Shown: positions 34,665 to 44,472 of the stretch, piece after piece | Numbering within the stretch: the stretch's first letter is position 1 | Layout of the letters: each line of letters starts with the position of its first letter | Virus record (IMG/VR): IMGVR_UViG_3300044940_000144 | Location: 1 to 64,000 of that record | DNA from: a virus | Reading direction: 5' to 3' (one strand) | DNA: 64,000 nt | Notes under the pieces: model-generated | What the model was told of the DNA's origin: nothing | The model's database searches: none | What the model saw: only the letters and a program-made list of their open reading frames with translations | Translations under genes and position numbers: made by a program

Positions 34665-34728
34665 GCCTCCGTGCGACTCGTCAGGCCCCGTCATAGGGCA
34701 ACACCCCCCCGGCGGGGGGGTGTTTCGT
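34665..34728 (-). ncRNA. Hammerhead ribozyme, type II (GUU site)
   Basis: GAAAC acccccc c-gcc-ggggggg u GUU^gcccu-augac-ggggc CUGACGAG; cleavage after 34700. Confidence 0.85.
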
Positions 34729-35113
34729 TTGTGGACCGCCCCGAAGGACGTCCACACACACACACACACATAAAGGGTAGGGAACCGATATTTATCGCCT
34801 CACTGCACCCAATCCCGTCCGGGGACGGGCAGCGTGGCACGGACAGGGTCCAGTATGTACGCTGGAACCGAGTGTCGCCAGGGCAGGGGGTCCACAGGAC
34901 TAACGCACGCGCACGCGTGCGTGACCCTGCATGCTGAGCCCCTCGCGAACGCGCGTCGCACGCGACGCGCGCGCCAACTTCGAGCCCTCCCTGACCTGCG
35001 ACCGCCGCGCATAAGCACTCCGTGCGACGCGAGTCCAACTCGCCGCCCGCGCGACCCCGACGTTCGTGCCCGCGCGACCGCCGCAGCAACCGCGCGTCCG
35101 AAATGACACTTCC

Positions 35114-35143
35114 ATGCTAGCACCCCCCATCATGCAATGTCAA
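35114..35143 (-). promoter_or_regulatory. Strong sigmaA-type promoter for the ribozyme-punctuated region
   Basis: TTGACA-18nt-TAGCAT with TG extended -10 motif. Confidence 0.75.
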
Positions 35144-35154
35144 GCCCCCCCCCC

Positions 35155-35547
<393 letters not shown>

Positions 35548-35573
35548 CCCCCCCGCTTGCCGCCTGAGTGCCG

Positions 35574-35645
35574 GCTACCCCCCCCCGGGGGGGCCGCTAC
35601 CGCCCCCCGGGGGGGCCGCTACCGCCCCCCGGGGGGGCTACCGCC
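35574..35645. repeat. Three ~22-bp repeats GCTACCGCCCCCCGGGGGGGCC with palindromic C/G core
   Basis: Directly visible. Confidence 0.85.
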
Positions 35646-35673
35646 ACGAAGCCCCCCGCCGGGGAACCGGCGG

Positions 35674-36246
35674 CTACCGCATGGGTGCCACCGAGCCCGT
35701 CCCGGTCTCCCAGGACAGCAAAAACACCTGGCAGTCGACCACGTCCACCGTGCGCGCGGACACGATGACGCGGGAGATTTCACGGCGCTTGATCCAACGC
35801 TTGGTGACGCTCATGCGGACGATCTGGACGTCGTCCTTCCAGGCGTGCTGATTGAGCGCGTCCATGACGAGCTTGGCGGCGTTGTCCAAGTCGGGCTTGG
35901 TCGCGTACGGATGAGGGAAGCGCTTACCGGACGCCGACAGCGCCCCGGACGACAGCGTATGCGACCCCGGACGCCGCAGGCAGACAGTGATATCGACCTC
36001 GATCGGCTTGTCCTGCCCCAAAAAACACGCCCCGGCGCGTCTCCAAGCCGTCTGGATCATCCGTTCGGCGATCTTGGTCCGGTCGCTGGTGCGCGTGTAC
36101 ACGCGGCCGCTGCTGCTAATGCTGAACCGCGGCCGCTCCTTGGTCGGGGCGTAGCGGTTCGAGTAAGGGTCCTTGGTACCCGCGTTCAGCCCGCCTGGGC
36201 CGTGAATGGGGATATCGAACTGGAAGTCACTGACGAGTCTGGTCAT
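35674..36246 (-). CDS. rusA: RusA-like Holliday junction resolvase
   Basis: KERPR, KPDLDNAAKLVMDAL..WKDDVQIV. Confidence 0.88.
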   Translation of the reverse strand: MTRLVSDFQFDIPIHGPGGLNAGTKDPYSNRYAPTKERPRFSISSSGRVYTRTSDRTKIAERMIQTAWRRAGACFLGQDKPIEVDITVCLRRPGSHTLSSGALSASGKRFPHPYATKPDLDNAAKLVMDALNQHAWKDDVQIVRMSVTKRWIKRREISRVIVSARTVDVVDCQVFLLSWETGTGSVAPMR

Positions 36247-36631
36247 GGCTGGGTGGCTTCCACCTGTCGTCCTTATCCGGATGATCGCGCAGGATCCCGG
36301 CGATGGCCAAGGCGTGGAAAACCAAGTGCCCGTAGTGAGCCATGCCGGACTCCGGGTCGATGTCCTCGCCACGGGCGATCGCGGTCAGATGGCGAAACGC
36401 AGAGGCGACCGACAACGACACCGGGTAGCCCTTGCGCCAGTTCTGGGGCGTGTACTTGGAAGCCCCATACCCGTACACCCGTGCGACCTCGTCCATGAGG
36501 TCCCACGGGATCAGATGGTACGCCTCAGGCTTGGCGTCCTTCATAGCGCCCGTATCGGGATCGGTGTAGCGGATCTCGGCCAGCTGCTGCTGGGCCAGAT
36601 CGGCGGCGTTGGTGATCTTGCGCACCGTCAA
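36227..36631 (-). CDS. dATP/dGTP diphosphohydrolase-domain protein (DUF5664)
   Basis: LIP..YGASKY..NWRKG..RHL..GEDIDPESG..H..H. Confidence 0.88.
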   Translation of the reverse strand: MTVRKITNAADLAQQQLAEIRYTDPDTGAMKDAKPEAYHLIPWDLMDEVARVYGYGASKYTPQNWRKGYPVSLSVASAFRHLTAIARGEDIDPESGMAHYGHLVFHALAIAGILRDHPDKDDRWKPPSHDQTRQ

Positions 36632-36999
36632 GACGCCTCTACAGGGAACTCGTCGTCATGGCGATTCATGTCCATGCGGCCCGCAAGGCGGTTGGTCAGC
36701 TCGCGCAGCCACTCGGTCGGGATCGTCTGGCCCGACTCGATCTGATGCTGACCGGAACGCTCGCGCTCGATACGCTGCCGGGCCGCGTCACGACACAGCG
36801 TGTAGACCGTTCCCAACGGGGGGGCCGCATAGCCGGTATGGTGCTTGATCGCCTCCGTCACCGCGGCGTCGAGATCGCGCGGGTCTTGATTGGCAAATGC
36901 CCGGTACCACTCCTCCAGGCGCTGCTCGTCCCACGGATCACGCGGCCACAGCGATGCCAGGCGCGCTGTCTGACGCAGCAGTTGTTCCCGGGTTATCAT
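36628..36999 (-). CDS. Putative helicase loader/inhibitor (G39P-like)
   Basis: WP..W..F..D..AV..PPLG pattern immediately after the initiator. Confidence 0.55.
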   Translation of the reverse strand: MITREQLLRQTARLASLWPRDPWDEQRLEEWYRAFANQDPRDLDAAVTEAIKHHTGYAAPPLGTVYTLCRDAARQRIERERSGQHQIESGQTIPTEWLRELTNRLAGRMDMNRHDDEFPVEAS

Positions 37000-37706
37000 G
37001 CCGGAAGGCCGTCTTCGATGGCCGTCATTGAGTTCATGGAGCTGGCTGCGCGCAGCATGTCGCGGGCCGACAGCGACCCGCCCCGGCCGGTGCCGCCGTG
37101 GATGGCCTCCCAGCAGCGCTCGAACTGGGCGTCGTTGCCGTAGATCAGATTCAGCCCGGGACGTCCCGTCCACCAGCGGTCGCCCTCGAAGAAGCGTTCG
37201 ATGATCTGCTGGTGCTCCTGCAGGCCGACGGACGAGTAGTTGCGGATGCGGCATACGAGCATCCGCAGGTGGTCGTTGTTGAGCGTGTAGCGGGTGCCCG
37301 CCACCTGGTTGAAGTGCGCCAGGATGCCCTCGGCCAGCAATCGCTCGTCATCGGAGACGGCTTTACCGGACACTACCTTGCGCGTGACCGCGGGCGCGGC
37401 GACCGCGGGCGCGGCGGGCACCGTGTCCCACCAGGTGCCCTTGAGCACGTAGACGTCGCTGCCGCCGATCACGTCGGTCACCAGCTCGGCCATCCCGGCG
37501 CTCGTCAGCTCTGCCCAGAACTTGGGTAGCGACGTCTGGCGGACGCCGAGCATCTTGGCGACGGCCGGGTCACCCGGGTAGCGCGTCATGCCGCAGGCTA
37601 TGGCGTACAGCAACCGCGCCTCACGGCTGAGAGAGGTGTTGGAAAGCACGGACGTGGGCACGACGGCGATGTCACCGTCCCAATCGCGCCTGACGTGCTG
37701 GGTCAT
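36996..37706 (-). CDS. Putative phage replication initiator
   Basis: VL.NTSLSREARLLY HTH N-terminus; ILAHFN..WW..LIY..FE C-terminus. Confidence 0.65.
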   Translation of the reverse strand: MTQHVRRDWDGDIAVVPTSVLSNTSLSREARLLYAIACGMTRYPGDPAVAKMLGVRQTSLPKFWAELTSAGMAELVTDVIGGSDVYVLKGTWWDTVPAAPAVAAPAVTRKVVSGKAVSDDERLLAEGILAHFNQVAGTRYTLNNDHLRMLVCRIRNYSSVGLQEHQQIIERFFEGDRWWTGRPGLNLIYGNDAQFERCWEAIHGGTGRGGSLSARDMLRAASSMNSMTAIEDGLPA

Positions 37707-38494
37707 TCTTCTGGTTCCCCCTTGTCGCCATCGTCGGGGACGACGATCTCATGCTGCATGGCCCGCAACGGGTCGAACTCAGACAGCAGATGATGCAGTT
37801 TGTGCCGGTCATCAGGATCGGTGACGCTGGCTATCAGCGCTCGTGCGGCCTCGAACTTCTCGGGATCGTCCGGCTTGACCAAGGACCCGCCATCGACGTT
37901 GACGTTGACCTGCTCGATCTGCTGGCGCTGATCGATCTGCTGCTGGGTCTTGATCGGGACCAACTCATACTCGTCGTAGCCACGCAGCTTGGACTTGTAT
38001 TCGAGCAACCGCATGACCGCGCTCTGCCATAGCTGGAACCAGTTGCCCGTGGACTCCTGGGTCATGCCCAGCTCCTCGTCCTGCTTTTTGCAGCGCAGGT
38101 ACTCCATGCGGGCGACCTCGACCTGGGTCTCCAGCTCCTCGATCTCCCAGTGAATGCTCTGGCGAGGACGGCGCGGCGGGCGCGCGGGGTAGAACTCGTC
38201 GAACTCCGAGTCATCCAGCGGCTCGCGCCATTCCCTGTCGACCAGGTACCGGTTGCGGTAGGCGATCAGCGTCTTTCGCGGGATGTGAAAGCGCTTGTTG
38301 GAGGGGTCTTTCGCGACCGGATAGCGAAGCTGCAGCCACTTCTCGACCTGGTAGGCGCTTTTGACCATCAGCATGTCCTCGATGTGCTGACGGTCCGGAT
38401 GCCTCCAGACGGCCGTGCGGCGGCGGTTGGCCAGCTCGGCCTCCTGCGCCGCCGCCTTGACGTCCGGCAGATCGCCTTTGCGCCTACGCGCCAT
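37703..38494 (-). CDS. Hypothetical protein (possible terminase small subunit-like)
   Basis: HTH-like start, coiled coil, QVNVNV. Confidence 0.4.
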   Translation of the reverse strand: MARRRKGDLPDVKAAAQEAELANRRRTAVWRHPDRQHIEDMLMVKSAYQVEKWLQLRYPVAKDPSNKRFHIPRKTLIAYRNRYLVDREWREPLDDSEFDEFYPARPPRRPRQSIHWEIEELETQVEVARMEYLRCKKQDEELGMTQESTGNWFQLWQSAVMRLLEYKSKLRGYDEYELVPIKTQQQIDQRQQIEQVNVNVDGGSLVKPDDPEKFEAARALIASVTDPDDRHKLHHLLSEFDPLRAMQHEIVVPDDGDKGEPEE

Positions 38495-38502
38495 CGCGTC
38501 TG

Positions 38503-38772
38503 TTAGCTGTCCACCCGGAAGGTGGCCTTCAGCGGCAGGCCGTTCATAGCCACCAGCTTCATCATCGAGGCGAACTCGCTCGACGGGATCTCGAACGTGA
38601 CCCGGGCCGACGGCGGGTTGTCACCGGTGATCCGCCAGGTCGATGCGCCCTGGGCCAGCGACAGGATCAGCGTGACCTCCTGGAGCCGTGAGTCCACCGG
38701 ACGACCCGGCCAGTCGCGGACGTCCGTGACCTCTCCCGTTGCGGGGTCGTAGTCAACCTCACCGATGCTCAT
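38503..38772 (-). CDS. Hypothetical protein
   Basis: ORF with GAAAGGA RBS. Confidence 0.6.
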   Translation of the reverse strand: MSIGEVDYDPATGEVTDVRDWPGRPVDSRLQEVTLILSLAQGASTWRITGDNPPSARVTFEIPSSEFASMMKLVAMNGLPLKATFRVDS

Positions 38773-38802
38773 AGCAGTCCTTTCCGGCGATTGCGGCCGT
38801 TG

Positions 38803-39606
38803 TCAAGGCCTCAGCCCTTTCGGATTGTGAATACAGTCATCGTAAAATGGGCACCACTTGGATGAGCAATGCCACCCATCGCGGCGGCGCGGGAAGTACC
38901 CTGCACGGATCAGCCCGGCGACGTCACGAACGGTCTCAGAGGCGAACGACGAAAACGCGCTCGTGGCGCCGTGGTCGATGCGCTGGCGCTGGACCGTGAC
39001 ACCCTTGCGGGGTGAGTCGACCAGATAGACGTAGTTGATGGGCGCCCCGTCGCGGGCCATGTGGTAGATCTCCGACTGGATCGCCCTGAACGCCATGTCG
39101 TCGGAGGGGGCCTTCTGCTTGGTTTTCCAGTCGAAGGTCTCGCCCGCTTCGTCGATCATGTCGATGCGTCCGACCACCCGGACGTCGCCGACCTCGATGG
39201 AGAAGGTTTTCTCGACGAACAGCGGCTTGGCACCAGGCAGCACGTCGGTCGCCCAGGTGCGCGTCAGCCGCACCGCCTTGTCCACGGCGTGATCGGAGTG
39301 CTTGGCCGACAGCTCCTCGTTGGCGCCACGCAGCGTGGTCTTGTCCCGCGCGGCGTCGAGCACGGCATCAAGCGGTGGGTCCTTTTTCTGGCTGATCTTG
39401 TGGGTCAGCGCGTATTCGGCGGCGTCATGGAATCCCAGACCGGCGACCAGGCCCGCGTCACCCCTGAATGGGACCTTGGCGATCTTCTCGTACCAGAAGC
39501 GCCGGGGGCATTTCAGATACGTCGCGATCGAGGACGGGGACAGATGACCGATAAGCCCGGGGACGACCTCCAGGCCCGACGAGACCGGCAGGTCGGGGGT
39601 GCTCAT
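38803..39606 (-). CDS. Cas4/RecB-like PD-(D/E)XK exonuclease
   Basis: LSPSS..CP, GRID..DWKT, HC..WCPFYDDC. Confidence 0.88.
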   Translation of the reverse strand: MSTPDLPVSSGLEVVPGLIGHLSPSSIATYLKCPRRFWYEKIAKVPFRGDAGLVAGLGFHDAAEYALTHKISQKKDPPLDAVLDAARDKTTLRGANEELSAKHSDHAVDKAVRLTRTWATDVLPGAKPLFVEKTFSIEVGDVRVVGRIDMIDEAGETFDWKTKQKAPSDDMAFRAIQSEIYHMARDGAPINYVYLVDSPRKGVTVQRQRIDHGATSAFSSFASETVRDVAGLIRAGYFPRRRDGWHCSSKWCPFYDDCIHNPKGLRP

Positions 39607-39869
39607 GCCACGTTCTCCGCGTACGAGCCGTCGGAGTCCGAGCGCATCATCCATACGGCTTGTCCGACGACCTCGATGTCCTCCCACAACGCGCGGTAAT
39701 ACGCCAGCCCCGGGGGTTCGGCGCGCGTCTCAGGGCACAGGACATATCCCGCGACGCCCCAGGTCGCGACCTTCTCGACCGTCATGAAACAGCCGGGGAA
39801 GAACGAGTCGAAGAGATCGGGACGTATCTGCACGACCGTGCCCGGGGGCATGTCGGGGGCAGGCCGCAT
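39603..39869 (-). CDS. Hypothetical protein
   Basis: ORF with coupled overlaps. Confidence 0.6.
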   Translation of the reverse strand: MRPAPDMPPGTVVQIRPDLFDSFFPGCFMTVEKVATWGVAGYVLCPETRAEPPGLAYYRALWEDIEVVGQAVWMMRSDSDGSYAENVA

Positions 39870-40807
39870 CAGAACTTGATCGACTCTGCCTGGATCAGGT
39901 TCTTGCAGTTGTCGAAGATCGACATGTCGTCGGGATCCTGGGCGTTGACCAGCGATTTCATGTCGTTGACACCGACCGCCCGCAGGATCTCGTTGACCCG
40001 GGCCTTTTCGACCCCGCCTTCGGCGCCGAGCTCGACCAGCCGCTCGTAGCGCTCCTGGCCGAGCCGCACGACGTCGAACGACGCCCGCCGGGCCTCGGGG
40101 GTGGTCGCCTGCGCAGGCGCGGGGAGCTCGCCCGTGTTGGCGAAGTGCTGGATAGCCTGCAGGACGCGATCGACGTCGCCCATCGTCAGATGGGACATGC
40201 CGCCGCCGGTCTCAGACATGATGAGCTGCTCCAGGTTCTCATCCGAGAGCCCGGCCGCCCTGGCACGGGCGCCCACCAGGCCGCGCTGCTTGTCCGAGGC
40301 GGGCCGGTTCGGGTCACGGGGGCCACTGCCATAACCGCCGCCTGCCGGGCGCACCTGTTGTGTCTCGGAGCCCGCCGGGGGAGTCCATGCGATCCCCTCG
40401 GATGCGTCGGCCTCCTCGTCGCCTGTGGCGATCATGAACAGGTTTATCAAAAAGTACTTACGGCAGGCCGTCATGGCCTTGTTCAGGCCCTTGTCGGACC
40501 AGTCGTCGGCCTCGCCGGACCACGAGACGACGCGCTCCGAGGTGCCGTCGGTGATCGTGTATTCGACCACCACCGTGTGCCGGGTGCCGCCCCGGCTCTG
40601 GTCACCCACCGGAGTCGCCGTGTGCTCTTTCAGGTTTGGGATGATGGCGATGCCATGCTTGGCCAGATGCGGCCGGATCGCATCGCTGATGTCCGCCTCG
40701 GTGGCGAAATGCCACCCCTGCGGGTGGCGGCCCGTCTTGGGGACGCGCGTCATCGCGCCAGAGATCGCCGCGAGCTTGCCCGCAAGGCTGAGATCGTCTG
40801 TAGCCAC
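39869..40807 (-). CDS. ERF-family ssDNA annealing protein
   Basis: K.G..FATEADI..RP.LAKHG..DKGLNKAMTACRKYFL..F.IATGD. Confidence 0.85.
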   Translation of the reverse strand: MATDDLSLAGKLAAISGAMTRVPKTGRHPQGWHFATEADISDAIRPHLAKHGIAIIPNLKEHTATPVGDQSRGGTRHTVVVEYTITDGTSERVVSWSGEADDWSDKGLNKAMTACRKYFLINLFMIATGDEEADASEGIAWTPPAGSETQQVRPAGGGYGSGPRDPNRPASDKQRGLVGARARAAGLSDENLEQLIMSETGGGMSHLTMGDVDRVLQAIQHFANTGELPAPAQATTPEARRASFDVVRLGQERYERLVELGAEGGVEKARVNEILRAVGVNDMKSLVNAQDPDDMSIFDNCKNLIQAESIKF

Positions 40808-41028
40808 AGTCGGTCGTCCTATTGTTGAGGATGCAAGTGGCCCGCGTCGTCGATGGGGGGCCGCCTGCGGGCGGGACGGCTCGGTTTCTTCCTCGTTGTT
40901 CGAGGAGGGGGACCCTCCCCCATGGGCTCGAACGACTCACCCAGGTCTGTCTGCCGACCGGCGCGATGGTGTTTTTCCTGCACTTTGCAGCTTCCATCGC
41001 GTTACAGACAACCTACAACATGACCATG

Positions 41029-41301
41029 CTACCCGTCAACCACCCGAACCGAACCCGTCGCGACCCGGGCTGCAGGCAAGCCGTTCTGCCAGAGCAAGAC
41101 CGTCCAGCGCAGGTCGTTTTCCAGGACCGGGAAATCGACCTCCAGGACCCCGTCGTGCAGCGAGAGAACCGCCTCGACCGACGGGTCGGTGCACGTGAAC
41201 GAGAGCCTTTGCCCATCCTGGAGCACCAGCGGCTCTCCGTGGTGGTCATTGACCACGGCCCGGAGGCGGGATTGCCGCCCCCGGAGCGCGAGGAGCTGCA
41301 T
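41029..41301 (-). CDS. Hypothetical protein
   Basis: ORF coupled to the holin stop. Confidence 0.5.
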   Translation of the reverse strand: MQLLALRGRQSRLRAVVNDHHGEPLVLQDGQRLSFTCTDPSVEAVLSLHDGVLEVDFPVLENDLRWTVLLWQNGLPAARVATGSVRVVDG

Positions 41302-41597
41302 CAGGGGGTCGGCTCGTCCGCTCCGCCCTCGGTCGGGACGGGCTCGGGGACGACGATGCCACCGGCCATCATCGCCGCCTGCCACATCCGGCCGATGACC
41401 GTGACCGACAATAGGATCGCCGAGGCGATGACCCAGATGTCCGGGTCCACGCCGAGCGGGGCCGATGCATCGGCCAGCTCGCCAATGAGCGGGACGATGG
41501 CCGACGCCGCTCCCGAGACGAACCCCACGACGGTGCTGATACCGACGGCAACCGAACGGTCAAGCGCCACGAGTTTCCTCCTTGCGTGTTGAGTCAT
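41301..41597 (-). CDS. Holin-like membrane protein
   Basis: Two hydrophobic segments, directly after the endolysin. Confidence 0.65.
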   Translation of the reverse strand: MTQHARRKLVALDRSVAVGISTVVGFVSGAASAIVPLIGELADASAPLGVDPDIWVIASAILLSVTVIGRMWQAAMMAGGIVVPEPVPTEGGADEPTP

Positions 41598-42364
41598 GAC
41601 ACCCGCACCCGTCGCTTCAGGGTACGGAAGCGGTGTCCGGGACGCTGTGCCCTGGCCTTTGCGAGATCGGCGTCCCTTCTGGCTTTGGTCGCGAACCACG
41701 GCGACAGGGCGCGCTGCCCCGTCCAGAACACCCATCGTGGCACCACAACACCGTTGACGCGTCGCAGGATCCTACCGCGTCGCACGTGGCCGGGGTTGCC
41801 GTGGGCGGCGACCCACTTGGCAATCGCTGCCTCGCGATGCTCCGCCCGCGCCCACGGGCCGTGCATGACGGGCTTGGCGTCGAGGTCTTGCCATGAGTAC
41901 TCGGTGCGGTAGACGGGCGACGAAGGGGCGGCGGTGAGCGCCGACGGCACGCAGAAAAACGCACCCGCAATAGAGCGGTCGTGCTCGCGCACCATGTCGC
42001 CGGTGTTGCCCCCGATCGTTCTCCATATGCCCGGGGCGACCCGCTTGACGGCGATCTCCACGTGCCCATGGGGGCCGGGGTTCCAGACGACGAAGCACCC
42101 CGGCACGGGCTCCGGGCGCAGTCGGCCCTTCGCCCTGGCGTTGGCATAAATCGTCCAGGTTGACGGGTGACCGAGGTCGTCGTCGTCGACTCCCGCCTCG
42201 CGGTACATCGCGTCCGCGAACATGCCGCACCACGGCTGCCCGGCCATCCCCCAGAACCGCTGCCAACGGTCGATGTCCGGGCCTCTGTTGCTGCCAGGCG
42301 GCGTCTCCGCGGTCCCCACATACCGGCGGGCCTGGGCGATGATTCTCGCCGCCGCGTTGCTCAC
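41594..42364 (-). CDS. Endolysin, CHAP domain
   Basis: GSN..PWCGMF..GHVEI..IGGNT. Confidence 0.88.
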   Translation of the reverse strand: MSNAAARIIAQARRYVGTAETPPGSNRGPDIDRWQRFWGMAGQPWCGMFADAMYREAGVDDDDLGHPSTWTIYANARAKGRLRPEPVPGCFVVWNPGPHGHVEIAVKRVAPGIWRTIGGNTGDMVREHDRSIAGAFFCVPSALTAAPSSPVYRTEYSWQDLDAKPVMHGPWARAEHREAAIAKWVAAHGNPGHVRRGRILRRVNGVVVPRWVFWTGQRALSPWFATKARRDADLAKARAQRPGHRFRTLKRRVRVS

Positions 42365-42386
42365 GACACCCCTCCCAATCGACGGT

Positions 42387-42767
42387 TCACGGCACGAAAT
42401 CGCCGACGGGCCCCGGGTCGATGCCGGTCACGCGGATCGCCGTCTCGCGACACGACTGGATCACGAGCGCATCCGGATCCAGCTGCGGGACATAAAAGCC
42501 CCTTCCAGAGGCCCTGCGGTCCCTCGCCTGCTCGTTGGCGATAGCCCGGACGGCGCGGCGCAACTCGTTGCCGCGCTCGCACGTCAGCACGGTCTGCGCG
42601 ACGGTCGCGCCGATGACGCGCTCAACGTCATCGACGTTCGCCTCGATACGGGCGAACATCATGCCAACCAGGGCGAGAGTCACTGCGAGCATCACCGCCA
42701 TCCACGCCAGGGCCCGGCGTTTCATGCGCGCAATGACCCGCTCGTGATCTGCATGCGGGATCATGCG
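42387..42767 (-). CDS. Membrane-anchored lysis-module protein
   Basis: One TM segment then a coiled region with two Cys. Confidence 0.55.
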   Translation of the reverse strand, partial: RMIPHADHERVIARMKRRALAWMAVMLAVTLALVGMMFARIEANVDDVERVIGATVAQTVLTCERGNELRRAVRAIANEQARDRRASGRGFYVPQLDPDALVIQSCRETAIRVTGIDPGPVGDFVP

Positions 42768-42837
42768 AGGAACCTCACAACCGACGCGACGATCGTGGCC
42801 CACACAATCGCCGTCAGCAACATGACCACGACGAGCG

Positions 42838-43047
42838 TCACCGCCGGAACGCGCGGTCCGCCACCGCCGACAGTCCCATGCCCAGGAGCACCAGCGTCCC
42901 GGCGAACGCCAGGACCTCCGGCCTGCCTTCCCCCCGGGACTCCACGGTGGCGAGCACCAGGCCCCACACGTACGCCACGATCGTGGTCAGACGTACCCAC
43001 CAGCGCGGACGCCATGAGCCTCCGTTGCTGTTGCGTTCGGGGCTCAC
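42838..43047 (-). CDS. Small two-TM membrane protein
   Basis: Two hydrophobic helices. Confidence 0.55.
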   Translation of the reverse strand: MSPERNSNGGSWRPRWWVRLTTIVAYVWGLVLATVESRGEGRPEVLAFAGTLVLLGMGLSAVADRAFRR

Positions 43048-43129
43048 GCACGCTCACCGTCCCCTACGGCATCGCCCGGCTGGCCCAAGACGTAGCGGTG
43101 TTTCCGGCTCATCATGTGTCAACGTACAC

Positions 43130-44110
43130 TCATGTCTTGATGATAGCACCGAGCGCCATGTAGGGCTGGACATTGTTGTGCGCGGTACCGGCCCCCTGGG
43201 CGGTGATCGTGTGAGTGTGGGCACCGCCGGAGTCGATCGACACAGAGTGTGAGTGCGACCCGCTTGATGCGATCGAGTGGCTGTGCCCGCCGCCTGAGCT
43301 GATCGTCAACGAGTGGGTGTGGTCACCAGACGAGTTCGTCGTGACGTTGTGAGTGTGCGCACCGGCCGACTGCATCGAGTGGCTGTGCGATCCGCGCGCA
43401 CCGACGCTGCCGCCGACATTGGTCCCATCGTTCCAGAAGCCCCAGTAGGGCCCGGGAGTGATGGACTGCGTCCCGTACACATAGGTGTTGAACCCGTTGG
43501 CGTCGATCGGGTGCCAGTGCGACCCGGCCGAATCGGTGTACCCGGAGTGCGAGTGCGAACCGGCCACATCCGCCGTACCCGTGTGGGTGTGCGCCCCGGA
43601 CGTGTCGGTGGTGTGGGTGTGCGAACCACCCGTGCCGACGGTTCCCGTGTGAGTGTGCGACCCACTTGAGGACGTCGAGCCCGTGTGATCGTGGCTCGGC
43701 ATCTCCGACAGGCTCAGCGTATGCGTCTCGGATCCACCCGAGCCGCCGAGCTGGTCGGCGGCCGCCGCCGTGATCCGGTTGGCGCTGGACCCGTTCAGGT
43801 TGTCCAGGCCGATGACGACGCGACCACGCAGGTCCGGGACGTTGAAGGTATTGACGCCATCGCCGGAACCGAAAGTGGTCCCGATGACCGAAAACAAAGC
43901 GCTGTAGGTGGTCCGCGAGACCGCCTGACCGGCGCACAAAAGCCACCCCGGAGGGGCGGTCGTGCCCGCGAACGGCGTGATGACGCCGGTCGGGACGGCG
44001 GCGATGCCACCGAGCGCCGCCTGGACGGCGGCAGTGACCTGCGCGTCGATGTCTGCCTTGGTTTTTACGTCCTTACCGGGGGTGGCCCCCGGTGACAGCA
44101 GCATGCGCAT
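43130..44110 (-). CDS. Tail fibre with tail-collar domain and HxH repeats
   Basis: PPGWLLCAGQAVSRTTYSALF..FNVPDLRGR; GxHxH repeats; HNNVQPY. Confidence 0.9.
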   Translation of the reverse strand: MRMLLSPGATPGKDVKTKADIDAQVTAAVQAALGGIAAVPTGVITPFAGTTAPPGWLLCAGQAVSRTTYSALFSVIGTTFGSGDGVNTFNVPDLRGRVVIGLDNLNGSSANRITAAAADQLGGSGGSETHTLSLSEMPSHDHTGSTSSSGSHTHTGTVGTGGSHTHTTDTSGAHTHTGTADVAGSHSHSGYTDSAGSHWHPIDANGFNTYVYGTQSITPGPYWGFWNDGTNVGGSVGARGSHSHSMQSAGAHTHNVTTNSSGDHTHSLTISSGGGHSHSIASSGSHSHSVSIDSGGAHTHTITAQGAGTAHNNVQPYMALGAIIKT

Positions 44111-44463
44111 CAGACGATCCGGTGCGCGTATCCGAAGACGTTGAGCAGGCTGCCGCCGGTGCCGCAGAAGGCCTTGATGACCGCGCCGTTGTTGAGCACC
44201 AGCCCCGGGACGATCAGAAGCGGACCCGCCTTGAGATTCGGGACTTCCACTGTCATCTCGTCCGACGTCGAGGTGCCTCCGTACAACACCGTCAGCGTCG
44301 CCGCCGATGCGGACCGGCTGGCGACCCACAAATAGACCTCGTCCAGCGCGCTGGTGCCGCTGACGGCTGTATGGATCGTATTCGCCGAGCCCGACGCCGT
44401 TCCGGTGATGATGATGCCGCGCCCATTGGTGGAACCAGACAGCGCGATCTTGGTGATTGCCAC
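44110..44463 (-). CDS. Minor tail protein
   Basis: ORF in the tail module. Confidence 0.6.
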   Translation of the reverse strand: MAITKIALSGSTNGRGIIITGTASGSANTIHTAVSGTSALDEVYLWVASRSASAATLTVLYGGTSTSDEMTVEVPNLKAGPLLIVPGLVLNNGAVIKAFCGTGGSLLNVFGYAHRIV

Positions 44464-44472
44464 CAGGCCCTC

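Noticed and set aside
31216-34728. Interspersed repeats as a CRISPR array or simple terminators
   Set aside because: Spacers are whole genes, no cas operon, and the repeats carry full hammerhead cores without U-tracts
38803-39606. Cas4 as part of a CRISPR system
   Set aside because: Sits beside ERF in a recombination module; typical stand-alone phage exonuclease
43130-43700. Tail fibre repeats as a DGR target
   Set aside because: These are HxH metal-binding fibre repeats; no reverse transcriptase or template repeat seen
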